Shown piece by piece: positions 16,214 through 29,457 of a stretch of DNA of 64,000 bases (the stretch's first letter is position 1; each line of letters starts with the position of its first letter). A program made the translations under genes and the position numbers. A model generated the notes under the pieces. It had not been told where the DNA came from, did not search any database, and saw only the letters and a program-made list of their open reading frames with translations. The stretch is from Antedon mediterranea (taxonomy: Eukaryota; Animalia; Echinodermata), in contig NC_092672.1 in assembly GCF_964355755.1 (NCBI RefSeq), forward strand, positions 14,198,001-14,262,000, read 5' to 3'.

Positions 16214-19200
16214 ATGGCGGAGAACAAGACAGACGCAAACGCAATAAATGGACAAGGAAAAGTCTATGGAAAAGTTGTTATTACATTAGAAAATTGCATT
16301 ATTCCTACTGAGAAACTTTCACCAACACCTTCACTTCTTGATGGACTAGATTCAGAAACAGAAATTGATCTAAGAATTTTAGGATGCGAGTTTATACAGA
16401 TGGCTGGAATCCTACTCAAACTACCTCAGGTTAGGCGGCGTAGGCCTATTCTAGGCCCGTTTTGTTACGTTATTAATATTCCTAATTCCTAAAAATAGGC
16501 TAAAAATACAATGAAGTTTAAATCGCATATTCATGCGGCTGCTTCTGTTGGCCTAGCTAGGCTAGCAGGAGCTAGTCTTCCAAGGCAAGCTTGGACAAAA
16601 GTGAACCACAGCCCACAGATTTTGAACAAAATTGACCAGCCATTAATCATTATCGATTGATTATAAAATGGAGACCAGGGGGGCCGGGGGAAACAAGGCC
16701 TAGTAGCCTAGGCCTAGGCCTCGATATAGTAACAAAAGAGGGATCGATCCTAAAAAGAATATGAAAGAAACCGTATTCGGCGCTAGTTCCGTTTCGCACC
16801 TGTTTTTATTTCGACTTCCTTTTGACTCCAAATTGTTAAGCAACTTATTGTGAATACCACACCTTAAAATTGGGCCTCATAAGTACTTTTATGAAGAAGC
16901 ATCACATAAAAAGTAACAAATAAATCCTTAAATTGATGATTTTACAGACATGATTCTGTTCGCGAATTTAGCATACTCGAAGTTCAATATTTTCGTTTCT
17001 ATGGAGCGCCAAAACAGCAACAACAATAGATGGTTAAAAACTCAGTGGAATGCGTCTTCTTTTAATGCATTTATTATTGAAATACACGTTTAATTTTAAT
17101 ATATTTTGTCAATAAAAATGCTGTAACATTTTACTGCTAATAATTTGCTGTTTTCAAATAGCAACCAACCCTAGGCCTAACTAAGAGCAAGACTAGGCTA
17201 TAGACTAAGAGGAATATTATTTAGATCAGGTATACCCCCTACAGCAGTACATGTAATATGATGATGCATTTGTCGATTTTCATTCCTAAAATAAAAGTTC
17301 CTGCAAAAAGCATGTACAGTATCAACAGTAATATTTTTGTTGCATTGACATTGACAAAGTATGATAAAATTGAACGTAATTTTCACCAATAAATGCATTA
17401 AATATACGCAATTTACTGAGTTTTTAGCCCTCTATTATGATTGCTCTTTTGGCGCTCCATAGAAACAACAACATTGAACATGGAGTATGCGAAATTCACA
17501 AACCGATGTGCGAGAAACACGTCTGTAAATTCATCAATTTAAAGGATTTATTTTTTATTTTTTGTGTGATCTCCTTCGTAAAAGTATTTTTGAGGCCTAA
17601 TTCTAAGGTGTGGTACTCACGATAAAGTTTCTTAACCAATTTTGAGTCGAAATAAACGACAGGTGCGAAACGGAACTAGCGCCCCGTATTCTACAGGGAT
17701 CCTTCTACAGTATGCCTACTGGCTTCCGTCTGAAGGAAGGTTTAATATTTAATAGTAATACGATATCGGTCACGTTTAATTTTTGGTCGCAGCGCATATA
17801 GGCCTGGCCCTAGGCCTACTAGACGGGAGACTATATATATAGGCCTAGGCCTAGACCTACTTCAATTCAAGCATTTTTTTTCTAGCCTGGCTTTGATAGT
17901 ATTGGTCGCTATATTTTGTATCAGGCACAATAAATTGTCAACGTTGTATAATATATAGGCCGAGTATTTTAAGTGATGTTCATTATTTAACTATTAATTA
18001 GGAGCTAGATTATTTATTTTACCTTTGGATATTTTTTAATTGGTCAATATTTATTATTATTAATTTTAAAATTATTTTTTTTTACATTTCATGTCTTGGA
18101 GAAGGATGTATGCCTTTCAAAATGGCTATTAGTAGTATTACTATTAGTGTAAAAATTGTCTAGGCCTATTAGGCATATTTATTTGTAAATTACTAAAATA
18201 ATTAATAGATTTGTAATATTAATAATAACTTATATATTATGTACTTTTTATTTATATTATTAGGGATAATGATGCAAAATTATAAGTTAATACAATATTA
18301 TACATTGCCTGTTAGTATTTGTATCAATATTACAATAAAGAAAGAAGGATGAAAATCTTGTAGCGTAGATATTAGTGGTCCCGCTCGATCACCGGTATCG
18401 TTATTTTATTTTCAACTTTAAACGATTTGAAAATTTAAAGTAACTCGCTGTAGCATTACGTCGACAGGGAAACAGGCTTAAATCTCCGAAAATGATCGTT
18501 TTAGCTACGAACTACGTTAACAGGTTGAGCTTTTTGTAAAATAATAACATTTTTGTAGTTAAGCCTAGTAGTACTAGTAGCGGAAATTTCTAAATATTTT
18601 AAAATGGACAAAATGGTTGTTCAAATCATAAAGGTCTCATATCGGGATAAAACTGTTTTATTAGTCACTTAAAATTAATATTTTTTTAGTAACAAGCACA
18701 TAAGTAATAGGCCTATGTGGAACTATATTATTATTTTATTGTGACCAAAATAAAACGTGACCGATTTTTTACCCAACTGGATGGTCTGTTATGTGCGATG
18801 GGGAACTGAACTGAACTATTATGAAAACATAGCTAAATATGCCAATTGAGGAAATCATTTTCATTGTTTGTCCGAGAAGTTTAAAAAAATAAAAATAGTG
18901 TACATTATTGTAAAAAATATAACAAATATATATATATATATATATATTTAAATTCCCTCACTTGCACTGATGAAGGGCTAGTGTTGCCCGAAAGCTCTGC
19001 TAACTTTTCTGCCTGTTTACTTTATCGTTTTGATTTAGCTTTTCGCTTTTTTTTTTGTATCTCCATTGAGATCCAGCCACTGATACCCACAGCATTGTAA
19101 TTTTTTTCAGTAATTTGCCTTTGGATTTATATATATATATATATATGTAGATATATTTAAAAAAAAACAAAAACCTGTACGCCACATAGTCACGTAGACT

Positions 19201-22200
19201 ACAAATCTTAGATACATAAGTCGATATAAGACCGGTAGAATATTTTAATAAAATTGTAAAATGTATAGTGTGGTACACCACCCATGTAGTCACCTCCTCG
19301 CACTCAATTTGATTTACAATTGGCACCAAAAGAAACTTGTTAATTTGGCTACCAATCGTAGTTGTCCAAAGCTGTAGTTGTCCTAGGGTTGGTTGTACTG
19401 TAGGTAGGCCTACATGGGGCAGTTGTCCTAGAGGGTAGAGTAGTGTCCTTATAGGGTAGTTGTCCTTATAGGGTAATTGTCCTAAGAGGGTAATTGTCCT
19501 AAGAGGGTAGTTGTCCTAGGAGGGTAGTTGTCCTAGGAGGGTAGTTGTCCTATGAAGGGAGTTGTCCTATGAGGGGAGTTGTCCTATGAGGATAGTTGTC
19601 CTATGAGGATAGTTGTCCTATGAGGATAGTTGTCCTATGAGGGTAGTTGTCCTTTGGAGGGTAGTAGTTGTCCTAGGAGGGTACTGTAGTTGTCCTAGGT
19701 GGGTATTTTATTAAATGTCACAAATTCTAACTAAGACATAAAAACATAAAAAGGCCTCGCTATAGGCCTATAAACAATTTTCAGTCATTACTGTACCCAT
19801 ACTGCTGTATTTATTTTATAACCACAGCATTTTACATACATTATTAATTCAATTTAAAAACTATGAAAATGTATTTCTTTTGATCAGGTTGCAATGGCAA
19901 CAAGCGAAGTGCTATTCCAGAGATTTTACTATTCCAAGTCATTTGTCAAGCATAATATGGAGGTAAGAATGAAGAATTTAACCATAAACAATCTGTTATT
20001 TGTTAAATGCTTTTATCAATATTATTGAATTATAAATGTCGGTGTATACGCTGACAATGACATCGTCTCAACTAAACACACTAGCTACTATAGTAAGATT
20101 CCAACAAATGCCAGTGTCACATGTCATTTTATGTAAATCATTCAAGATAAGCATACCATCAATGACTATGATTACATAATATAACTAAACTTGGTTACTC
20201 TTACTGCCGTTACAGGATTGTTTCATAAAAGTGAAATGTGCTTTCAAGTGCTCTAAAATATGTTTGTATTGCTATATAGGTTGTTGCAATGGCTTGTGTC
20301 TATCTAGCGTCCAAGATTGAAGAAGCTCCGAGAAGAATACGTGATGTTATCAATGTTTTTCATCATATACGACAAAAAAGAAATAATAGGTACCTTTTAT
20401 ATTATTAAATGGCTTGTTAACCATATAGCTAATAAGGACTTTACGAAACACTAGCTAGAGCCTTTTTATCAGTTACGCACCCTTGTGCTAAGAAGACGAC
20501 GACCGGCAGTATATCTCTCTTCCTACCCTGTCTTGTGGCGCCGGGCCCTTCTGAATCGCTTGCCTCTAGTGATGGATCATATGCCTAGCTAGGGGCCTCG
20601 CATTTAAACGCCGCTTTTACCACAGCCATTTTACCCTAATAAAAATGTTATTTCATTAAGCAATAAAATTAGAAGTTTAAATATTATTTAGAGTTTTTAA
20701 AATTCCACGTTTATAATTTGAACTGTATATTTAAGGTTATATTATACATTATTTCTATTTGATATTCGTAAACGAGAAAATTGCAACTTTATCGTCCTCA
20801 AAAAGTTAAGCCGACAAAATTTCACGCTAAGCTCCACCGACTTTCTTAAAGCTCATGCATAAATTATTCATGAGCACTGTCTTGTGGCTTCCCATCGTGT
20901 TTCGTAAAGTGCCTAATAAAACTGCAGACTACCGTGCTTACAGGTAATCCTGTCCTGTTTAAGATGCTGGGATACTATCAAACTTTTGAAATCCTTTTGC
21001 ACTGTTTTTTTCTTGTTTTTTTTTTTTCAATATTTATTATGTACGGTTTTTATATATATTTTTACTATATAATAACAAATTGTAAATAAATGTCCTAATT
21101 CAACTCATTAATTGCCATGGCACTTATATTTTCGATATTGTACTTATGTTTTTATTGAAATAAAGATACCGATACATATCAAACAAGCTGAAACTTGAAC
21201 AATAACTTTGTTTATTTCAGAATTGTTGAACCGTTGGTTTTAGATGCAAAGTATGTAAATTTAAAAAGTCAAGTAATCAAGGCTGAGAGAAGGGTTTTAA
21301 AAGAACTTGGGTTTTGTGTACATGTTAAACATCCACATAAGGTAAGATCAATACCAATAACGTCTACAAACATTATTTTACATAAGATATTTATAAATTT
21401 AACTTGTTTTATAAAGTTTTTTTTTCCATACTTTTACAGATGTTATTTATAGTATCCATAGATTCTAAAATTGTAAAATCTTGGCACTAATATAATAACT
21501 TGTGCTTTTACAAGGATGTAAAGATGTCATATTTTTTACCTTAAATATGTCAGGAGTTTAAGAAAGTGGCTGTAAAGTATTATGTTTATTTATTAAACAT
21601 TTAACATCCCTATATTTGAATTTAAATGAATTTAGTATTAATTTATTAGTTTTTAAAAACTGTTGTTGCAGCAAATTAATTTACCTCGTTTTAGGAACAG
21701 TATGTCTGTTACAGATGCCAGATAATGATTGAATGAGATTCTGATTTTTGGTCCCTAATTGCTAATAAAGGAAATTAATTGTCTTGCTGTCGAGGTGTTA
21801 AATTTTGGTAGTGTAATGAATGTTTGATCACACTTATATGTTCAGTGAATAACATGTATTCTTGCCTTTTCCTTGTCGCTATGCAGATGATAGTGACATT
21901 TCTGCAAGTCCTGGAGTGTGAGAGAAATACTCAACTCGTACAAACCGCCTGGTAAGTACAAGTCTCCTCTTATTATGGTGTATTTACTTGTATGCTGTTT
22001 GTTCCACAAAATGTGTATTAATACAATGACAGTTCAACTGTGTTAAGGAAATGTTTTATTTTTAAATGTACAAAACCCTTTTATCTCATGGCTTTTGCTT
22101 TAAAGGAAAACTAATGCCCTGATTCCATTTTTTCCTTAAATATTTAAAACATATTAATATGTTGACTGTCATCAATAAACATTTTGTGGCTATACTCTTT

Positions 22201-25200
22201 AAAGCAATCTAATTACTTGAGCTAGGATTGGAATTTTTAATATCTGTTTTATGTGTTCAATTTTGTTTATAAAGTTGTCGGATTCAGATAACTACCAAAT
22301 TGTTATATGCTTGAAGCAGTAGATTGTGACTGTTATTCCAACCCTAGCTTGATGTTAAGAGAGTATGGACATTAAACAACTATACAATGTGTCAATGCAT
22401 TATGTAACTCGGTCTGTTTTACAAAATTGAAGCAACATTGTTTTTTCCATGATGTTCTTGTTCAGTGTGGAGATATGTTTGGGTTGATGTTTCTGTTTTT
22501 AAAATAGCAATACATTGCTAACACTATGTTTTTATTTTTTCCTACAAAGGAACCTAGGTAAGTGCTTCCACGACTAGTAGGTAAGTGTGGTGGCATCGGC
22601 CTTCCTTAGCCAACAACGTTTCACTGAAGCTCTTGTCTTCGCACATGGAGGTCACCTTCTCTTCCTGCTCTGCCAGGCGTGTTCTGTTCAACGGAAGAGT
22701 TGTTGTCTCTGTAGTGTGTATGTGTGATGGCATGTCGATGGTACCAACACTGGTGCTTGCTGTCAAGTCTCTTTTTTGGTTATTTATTTATTATTGAAGT
22801 ACTTTTGTAAGTTATCAAGTGTAGGTGAGTGGCAGGTCTCTTGTTAGACTATTGCCCTCAAAGTATAGGGACTAAAGTACTACACGTTAATGTTCTATTA
22901 TGCTAAGTAAAGAATGTCCTACACAGCACCAAGTGATGATGTTGGCTGGTTACATATAATTTTAGTAACATTAACAAATGTAAACATTTCTTTTGAACGC
23001 TTTTAATGACAATTTCGTTTAAGAAAGTAATATACTACGGACTATAAATCAATGGAGATGACGAAGAAATGCATGCACAAAGCATGATGAGATGAAGAGA
23101 AATAGGCATTTTGTAGTGAACTGTTTTGAGATCAAAAACTGTTTTCAACTGTGGTAGAATTTCTAGTTTCAGCATGCTTGATTTGAAAGAAGCCGCAGCT
23201 TCAACAACAAATGGACCGAATATGTCGGGATGACTGTCTAAACTAAGGAATTCGATAAACGATCAAAATGGATAACTCTTGGTAACATGTTGTTATGGCC
23301 ACAGGATTCGTCTTTTTGAGTATTGTGAGCAGGATGCATGGTTTAGCTGATTGATATGATTATTTGTGAATGACAGAATATCGGAGACTTGATTCAACAG
23401 TGAAATTTCTCAGAAGAATGCAAGTCAATTCTAATTTTAAGATGATTTGGATTACATCACTCAGAATGCGGATTGCTGGTCAATACCTGTACAAGATAAA
23501 AATGCTTAATTTTAAATTAATGTATAATTATTGTATTGTATTTTTTTTTGTAATTATTAACCAAATAATACGGTAAAGTATATTCATCCACAGTTAATGT
23601 TTTTTCTTCCTTCTAAAACCCATTTTCATTTTGATATTTTTTGTTTTGTTTTTACTTTTAGTGGAAAGATGTGAATTCTTCTATAAAAAAAAATTGAAAT
23701 ATGGGTGTATATATATGTCCTACACAAAGACAAACAAGACATTTTTAATTAACATTTTGCGGTACATCAAGAACATCATGTGATTAAGCAAGTTGCTTCG
23801 TTTGTGATATTCTATATGCACATTCCTTACACTAGTATTTGTGCAGATTGTTGCATGTTTTTTTTTAACTATGCTTTATTGCAGGAATTATATGAATGAT
23901 TGTTTAAGGACTGATGTGTTTATACGCTACCCACCAGAGACAATTGCTTGTTCTTGCATCTACTTGTCAGCCAGGCAGTTGGATGTAAGTCATCTCATTA
24001 TATATATATATATTGTAAATATTGCATATGTTGCATATGTTCACTGGTCATTGTAGCACCTTGAGCTAATGGATACGTTTTCTTAATTAATTGGTTATCT
24101 GGCAGCACTGGATGGATAACCATTGTGATTTAAACATTTTGTTATGTAGAGAAAAATCTTGTTGATTGACCAGCAGATTGACAATAGATAATTTACAATG
24201 AAAATTGACACAAATAAGCTTCATGATATCAAGGGTAAACAGCATTTCTGCACATGTATTACATGTAGTTTATGTTGAATTTGCACAGATTTTAAGTAGA
24301 TTTAATAAGTAGATTTTTATTATCATTTTTATTTATTATAGATTTATATTTTGTTTTAACAGGTACCATTGCCAAACAAACCACCTTGGTATGCCCTGCT
24401 GAATACTAATGAAGACGAACTGCAGCAAATTGCCATTACAATACTTGCCCTCTATACCAGAAATAAGGTACAATTCATTTCCCTGGAGATTGATAATAAA
24501 GTTTTATTGAATTGAATGTCATTTCTCTTAAACCGTTTTCTCACAGGCTTGCTGGTTGATTCCTGAATCATTGCCGCTTCTTATATATATTTCCTTCATG
24601 ATATGAGGGTAGCCCATCCAGCAAAGCTGATCATTTGGGCCCCTGACAATACAATACAAAACAAAGAGTACAAAAATACTATCATAACATTTTTAAAAAC
24701 TACTATAATAAAGATATAAAATGTTAATAAAATTTTAAAATTATTTAAACTCTACTGTATATGTAAAATAAACTGAAATTAAATAAGCATACAAACTTTT
24801 GTGCAAGGAATAGGGTCATGTTTTATCTGGCCAGCAAAATATTGAATGTTTTTTCTATATTTTTCTCTCAAAATGGCGGTGAATTCAATTCTAAAAACGT
24901 TAGTATGTTTATTGATTGTTCATGCAATACATGTGTACCATATATTAGGGGATACAGTGGCAGTTAATATCACCAACATTTATTTAGTTTGAAATTTAGC
25001 AGCAAAAACATTGTTACACTTGACTGCACAAGACAGTTGTTCTCAAACACTGCCCATCTTGCATTGTGGGGAATATCCATGTAGTAATATTACTAGGTTT
25101 TTGAGCAGGTATAGCTGATGCTGACATGGTGCCTATTCTGACAGAAAACCATAGCAGCATGATAATAGCATGTTCCTTAATTATTCCTGGCCAGCATACA

Positions 25201-26457
25201 GTTCTGTAAGAAAAAAACTGATTATTGAAACTACAAAATAGGTTATTTAAAGTTTCATTTTATTCTTTATTTTTCATGTTTGGCAACAACTCATCTTTTT
25301 TTAGTAATATTGCATTTGATTATTGCTTTGAATTAGATGCAGATGTTTGAATCATCGCACTCTTATTTTAAAACTTTGCACCCAAATACATTAACGCCAA
25401 CTACTTGTAATCAAATGAATCTACTTTCAGAGGACCTATGAGGAATTGGATAAGATAGTAGAGAAATGCAAGGTGCAAGTACAGGAAGCAAAGTTAAAAG
25501 CAAAAGGTATTCCAGCAGATGCAACAAGTGCAGCAGCCACACCAACTAACTTCTCACCTAATTCATCTAGACCTGGTAGGTTTGTTTTATTGCATCAAAG
25601 TATTGGAGGTCTTTTTTTCTTCAACATTCAAACGAACATTCCAAACATTATATTGAGAATTACTGTACATTCAGATAAAAATTGTTTTTTTTTTACAGTA
25701 GTATGCACTTAACTAATTGTACCATTTTTTTTAGGTACTCCTAAACAGACAAATAATTCCCCTGGTTTACCAAACTCTTATAAGCTCCACAAGAACCGAC
25801 TGAAGAATGATGATGGAAGGCCAGGTTCAGATGGCAGGTGGGTAATTGCATTTATATTGTACTAAACTTTACCAATTGCTCTTTTGATATTTTGGATAAT
25901 ATAATTAAAACTGGTCACTTGTCTTATTTTGGCCTATGTCTGAATGTGATACAGGTTAATATGCTTGTAAATTTACCAAATTATGAATTTATTACAGTTA
26001 CAAGGAAAAGAATGGAAGAGCTGAGCGCAGAGGTCATCATCGAAGTCATTCAAGAAGCTCTAGGAGTAGCAGCAGGAGTCGTTCACATTCGCCACGGCAT
26101 CATATGAGGTCTCGCAGCCTGTCTCACTCTGATCCGCATTCCAGAAGTTCAAGTCGAAGCATATCCCCACACAAAAGAAAAGATCACAGAGGCCGCAGCC
26201 CACATTCAAAACACAGGAGACGAGATCGACACCTTGACGGAAAGTCAAGATCTACTCACTCCCGAAAGCGCAAGCCAAGTACTTCAATATCTAGAAGTCG
26301 TTCCAGAAGTCCAATATCGCACGGTAAACACCGCTACAGTCCTCATCGTGAGTCGTCTAAGAAGTATAAACATAGACGACGATCAAGGTCAGTATCACGT
26401 CATCGTTCTCACAAAACAAAACGGGTCAGTTCTAGAGATAGCCGCAGAAGAAGATGA
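16214..26457 (+). CDS. CCNL1: Cyclin L (CCNL1/CCNL2 family), ~499 aa, cyclin box plus C-terminal RS domain
   Basis: Ten in-frame exons: 16214-16429, 19888-19962, 20280-20389, 21221-21341, 21887-21951, 23885-23984, 24363-24467, 25431-25575, 25735-25837, 25998-26457. Motifs: [33 protein letters not shown]|[56 protein letters not shown]|NYMND.LRTDVF, and an RS-rich tail. Confidence 0.95.
16779..17683. mobile_element. MITE with long TIRs and 8-bp TSD (Merlin-like)
   Basis: TIR GGCGCTAGTTCCGTTTCGCACCTGT, with inverted homology extending over about 250 bp. Perfect TSD CCGTATTC at 16771-16778 and 17684-17691. Confidence 0.85.
18962..19000 (+). ncRNA. Minimal type I hammerhead ribozyme motif (Penelope-like)
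   Basis: GCA-CTGATGA-A-GGGC-tagtgtt-GCCC-GAA-AGCT-C-TGC: conserved core, 4-bp stem II, palindromic AGCT stem III and a 3-bp stem I. Confidence 0.6.
19355..19703. repeat. Minisatellite, ~16-17 bp unit GGGTAGTTGTCCTAT/AG
   Basis: About 20 tandem degenerate copies are directly visible. Confidence 0.9.
20434..20914. mobile_element. MITE (TIR A(A/G)GCACTTTACGAAACAC)
   Basis: AAGGACTTTACGAAACAC ... GTGTTTCGTAAAGTGCCT inverted termini in cyclin L intron 3. Confidence 0.55.
22550..22580 (+). other. Putative alternative poison micro-exon of cyclin L with two tandem donors
   Basis: A polypyrimidine tract and AAG acceptor are followed by GAACCTAG|GTAAGT and a second TAG|GTAAGT at 22581. Either inclusion creates a premature stop. 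Confidence 0.65.
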
Positions 26458-27795
26458 TGTGAAAGTAGTATAGCATCCTTAGTAACAGTATATAATAGTT
26501 CACAATAAGTAAAAGCTAGAATTATAAATAAAAAGCTTTGAAGTTGAAAGGTTATCGACAGTGGTAAGGCGCTACTTTCCTATTTACAGGTTTATTTGTC
26601 TTTGCAAATGAAACAATTTTTTATGACGTAACAAAAAACATTTTTTTAGTACAGTGCGTATTATATTTTATGTAAATTTTATTTGATTTGTGATATTGAG
26701 ATTATCATATTTCTAACCAAAGAAGGAAATGATTAAAATTTAAGTATGTAAGAAATGAAGGGTTGTTTATAATATATTCAGTTTATTTCAAATATATTGT
26801 ATACGTTTATAAAATGTCAATGCCCATGTATGGAAGGAGTTTGTGATCTATATAAGTTTAAGTATGTACATATTGTGTGCTACCCTTTACCATTATATTA
26901 TTACTTTAAAAGCAAAAAAGAACGTTTTCAGAATGTTTTTCACAGGTTTTTAATAAATAGAGCAATATGGAAATTAGTTTCTTTGGTATTGCAGGGAAAG
27001 AAACATATACAAACAAATCAATCAAATCATTTAAAAGTTGAAAACCAATGTTTGTTGCACATACACTTATTATTTTGTAAAGAATACTGGCACATTTCAG
27101 TTGAACAGATTTAGATTAACAGATTTAGATTAACACGATTTTCAAAGTCTTAAATTGTTCAACAGACTTAAACAATTGTTACCTTTTGTAAAATATTACT
27201 TTGTGTTTTTCACATTCTGTTGCTTATTTTTTCTTTTGTTACATTTTGATAGTGTTATACAATATTAGTAATACAGCTACTGTACTATTTTTCACTTGTA
27301 AAATAATTTGTATAAATGATATAGTGATGATTATCACATAAAGGAATTAAAATACTTTTGAATATAATTTAAATGTTTGTGTATTCTGTATGTTGATTTA
27401 AAACCAACCATATTTATAAATCCCATATTTTATATTATTCCATCAACATTTTGTCATAATTGTTGGGCTTATTTCAGAGACTTCTTGTTTGTTGATCTTT
27501 GTTGATTGATGTTATTGTTTCACCGTTTTTAATCGATTTTTCTGGTAAAGAAGTGATGTTTAAGAACTGCCTTCATTTGTTTACTTTACTATGGACTGTT
27601 TTGATCATAATTTAATGATTATCTGATGACGAATTATTAGAATACTGTAGCAGCCTAGATTGACAGTCAAATGGAAGTCATTGTAAATACTGGCCGAAAG
27701 GTTGACAGCCAAAATAAAGTTTTGATTTGACTGATGTGAATTATTATTTACCCATTTTGAAAGATTTTTACAGATTACTGTCTATGCATCTCAAT

Positions 27796-29072
27796 AGGGA
27801 GGTTTCGCAACCTTACGAATACGATAACGAAAACGGATATGTCACACATTTGTGAAACTTTTGAGCTGATATCCATTTCATATTCGTAAAGCGTATTCGT
27901 GTTGACAAATATCACCAGTCATATTCGTAACTACAAAACGAGTATAGTTTTTGATCTATTTTGCACATTTTGCATTTGAATCAGGAATGATTCATGATTA
28001 TAATATAATTATACTTTTATTGAAAGTAATTTACTATAGTAGTTTACTAAAATGCCAGGTCAATTTTGATAAATAGCAGTTTTTAAAGTCCTCACTCGCT
28101 TTGATGTTACGCTAGGCATAGGCAACCAAGCAACACGTACCTGCGCTTCGCTCAAATTTACCGCAGTCATATTTTGGACGACGCCCTCAATATTTCGTTG
28201 CCATGCGAAACAGATTTTTACTGGCTTACAAAAAACGAATACGTGTGCGTGATGTATCCGTTTTCGGCGCTACTGCAGTTTCGCGCCACACCGTTATATC
28301 TTCGATTTCTCACCTAAATTTTTCTTTTTCACACTCACAACATAATATTATGTAACATGTTTATGCGATTCGACCACTTACGAAGTAATTTTTTTTAAAT
28401 AACAATACTTTTCAAAACATTTTAAACAATACTGAACTCGATGTAAACACACTGCGAAATGTTCGCCATCTTATATTTATCACTTAATTGCCAGAATGTA
28501 TGCTTCATTTTCCCCAAAAAATGTAGAAACTATAGAGGCCAGTGTTATAAAATCCGATTACACATATATTGGCCTAGGCCTATTTAGTTTTGAAAGGCAA
28601 GAAATATTTTCAGCCGGCGAAAGAGAGGTTTAATTAATATTTCATTATTGATATTAGTATTATTATTCATATTAATAGGTCCTATCAATGTTTTATGTAC
28701 AGACTCATATCGTCGCCGTTTTGATATGTACAGCTAGCTGGTTCTTTATAAAAACCACTCTTTGCAGTTTAAAAATAAAAACAGAAAATAAAACATACAT
28801 TGATTTCTGGCAATTTTCTGATTCTAAAATGGCCACAGTTCGATCGAGGTATTCGCGGAAATGGAGCTGTTTTGAAAGGCATTTTTTATTGTGATAAAGG
28901 TAAATATAACGGTGGCTAAATCATGGAAACATGTTACATAATGGCCCAAAATTATATGATGTGGGTGTGAGAAAAAAAATTAAGCGATAAATCGAAGATT
29001 TAACAGTGTGGTGCGAAACTGCAGTAGCGCCCCGTTTTCATTATCGTATTCGTAAGATTGCGAAAACTCCCT
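27796..29072. mobile_element. ISL2EU/Harbinger-type MITE interrupted by a nested MITE
   Basis: TIR AGGGAGGTTTCGCAACCTTACGAATACGATAA matches TTATCGTATTCGTAAGATTGCGAAAACTCCCT, with AT on both flanks. A related remnant lies at about 45019-45075. Confidence 0.75.
28266..29031. mobile_element. MITE with 8-bp TSD (Merlin-like), nested in the TIR of the 27796-29072 element
   Basis: TIR GGCGCTACTGCAGTTTCGC(G/A)CCACAC and a perfect TSD CCGTTTTC. Confidence 0.85.
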
Positions 29073-29229
29073 ATTAATACTGTATTATCAGCAAATGTTT
29101 TCCTAGACTCTCTTCTCCCAGACGTGCCTTGGGGTTTATAATTTTGAACATGACAAAACTGTCAGCCTCTAGAACTATAGCTTCCGCTTGATATAGCTTC
29201 TGAATGAGTAGTGTAGTCCTCTGGGAATA

Positions 29230-29457
29230 TAGCTGGTTAAAGCGGCGGCGCGACAACACCACGAATCGACGACGATGATCCGATCCGATACCCCGACGAT
29301 CCTTTTTACGAGTTGACCTTTTATTTTGAGGTCATTTATTAGCTGGGTCTTCTTTATCATCATCCGCCTGAGTTTCGCGCGTGTTGAACAAATTGAATCG
29401 AGAGGTATTTGAGACTTCCATTTTCAATTAAACTAAGCTAATCCTTTAACTGTACAG
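29230..29457 (+). promoter_or_regulatory. Probable CpG-rich promoter or non-coding first exon of GMPS
   Basis: A CpG-rich stretch ends at a strong donor CAG|GTAGGT (29457/29458). The ATG exon at 31530 begins with an acceptor, so an upstream non-coding exon is required. The start coordinate is approximate. Confidence 0.45.

Noticed and set aside
22930-23140. Box C/D snoRNA suggested by RTGATGA motifs
   Set aside because: No suitably spaced CTGA D box with a terminal stem was found.
26060-26473. Overlapping and antisense ORFs in the last cyclin L exon
   Set aside because: They are shadow frames of the RS-domain exon.
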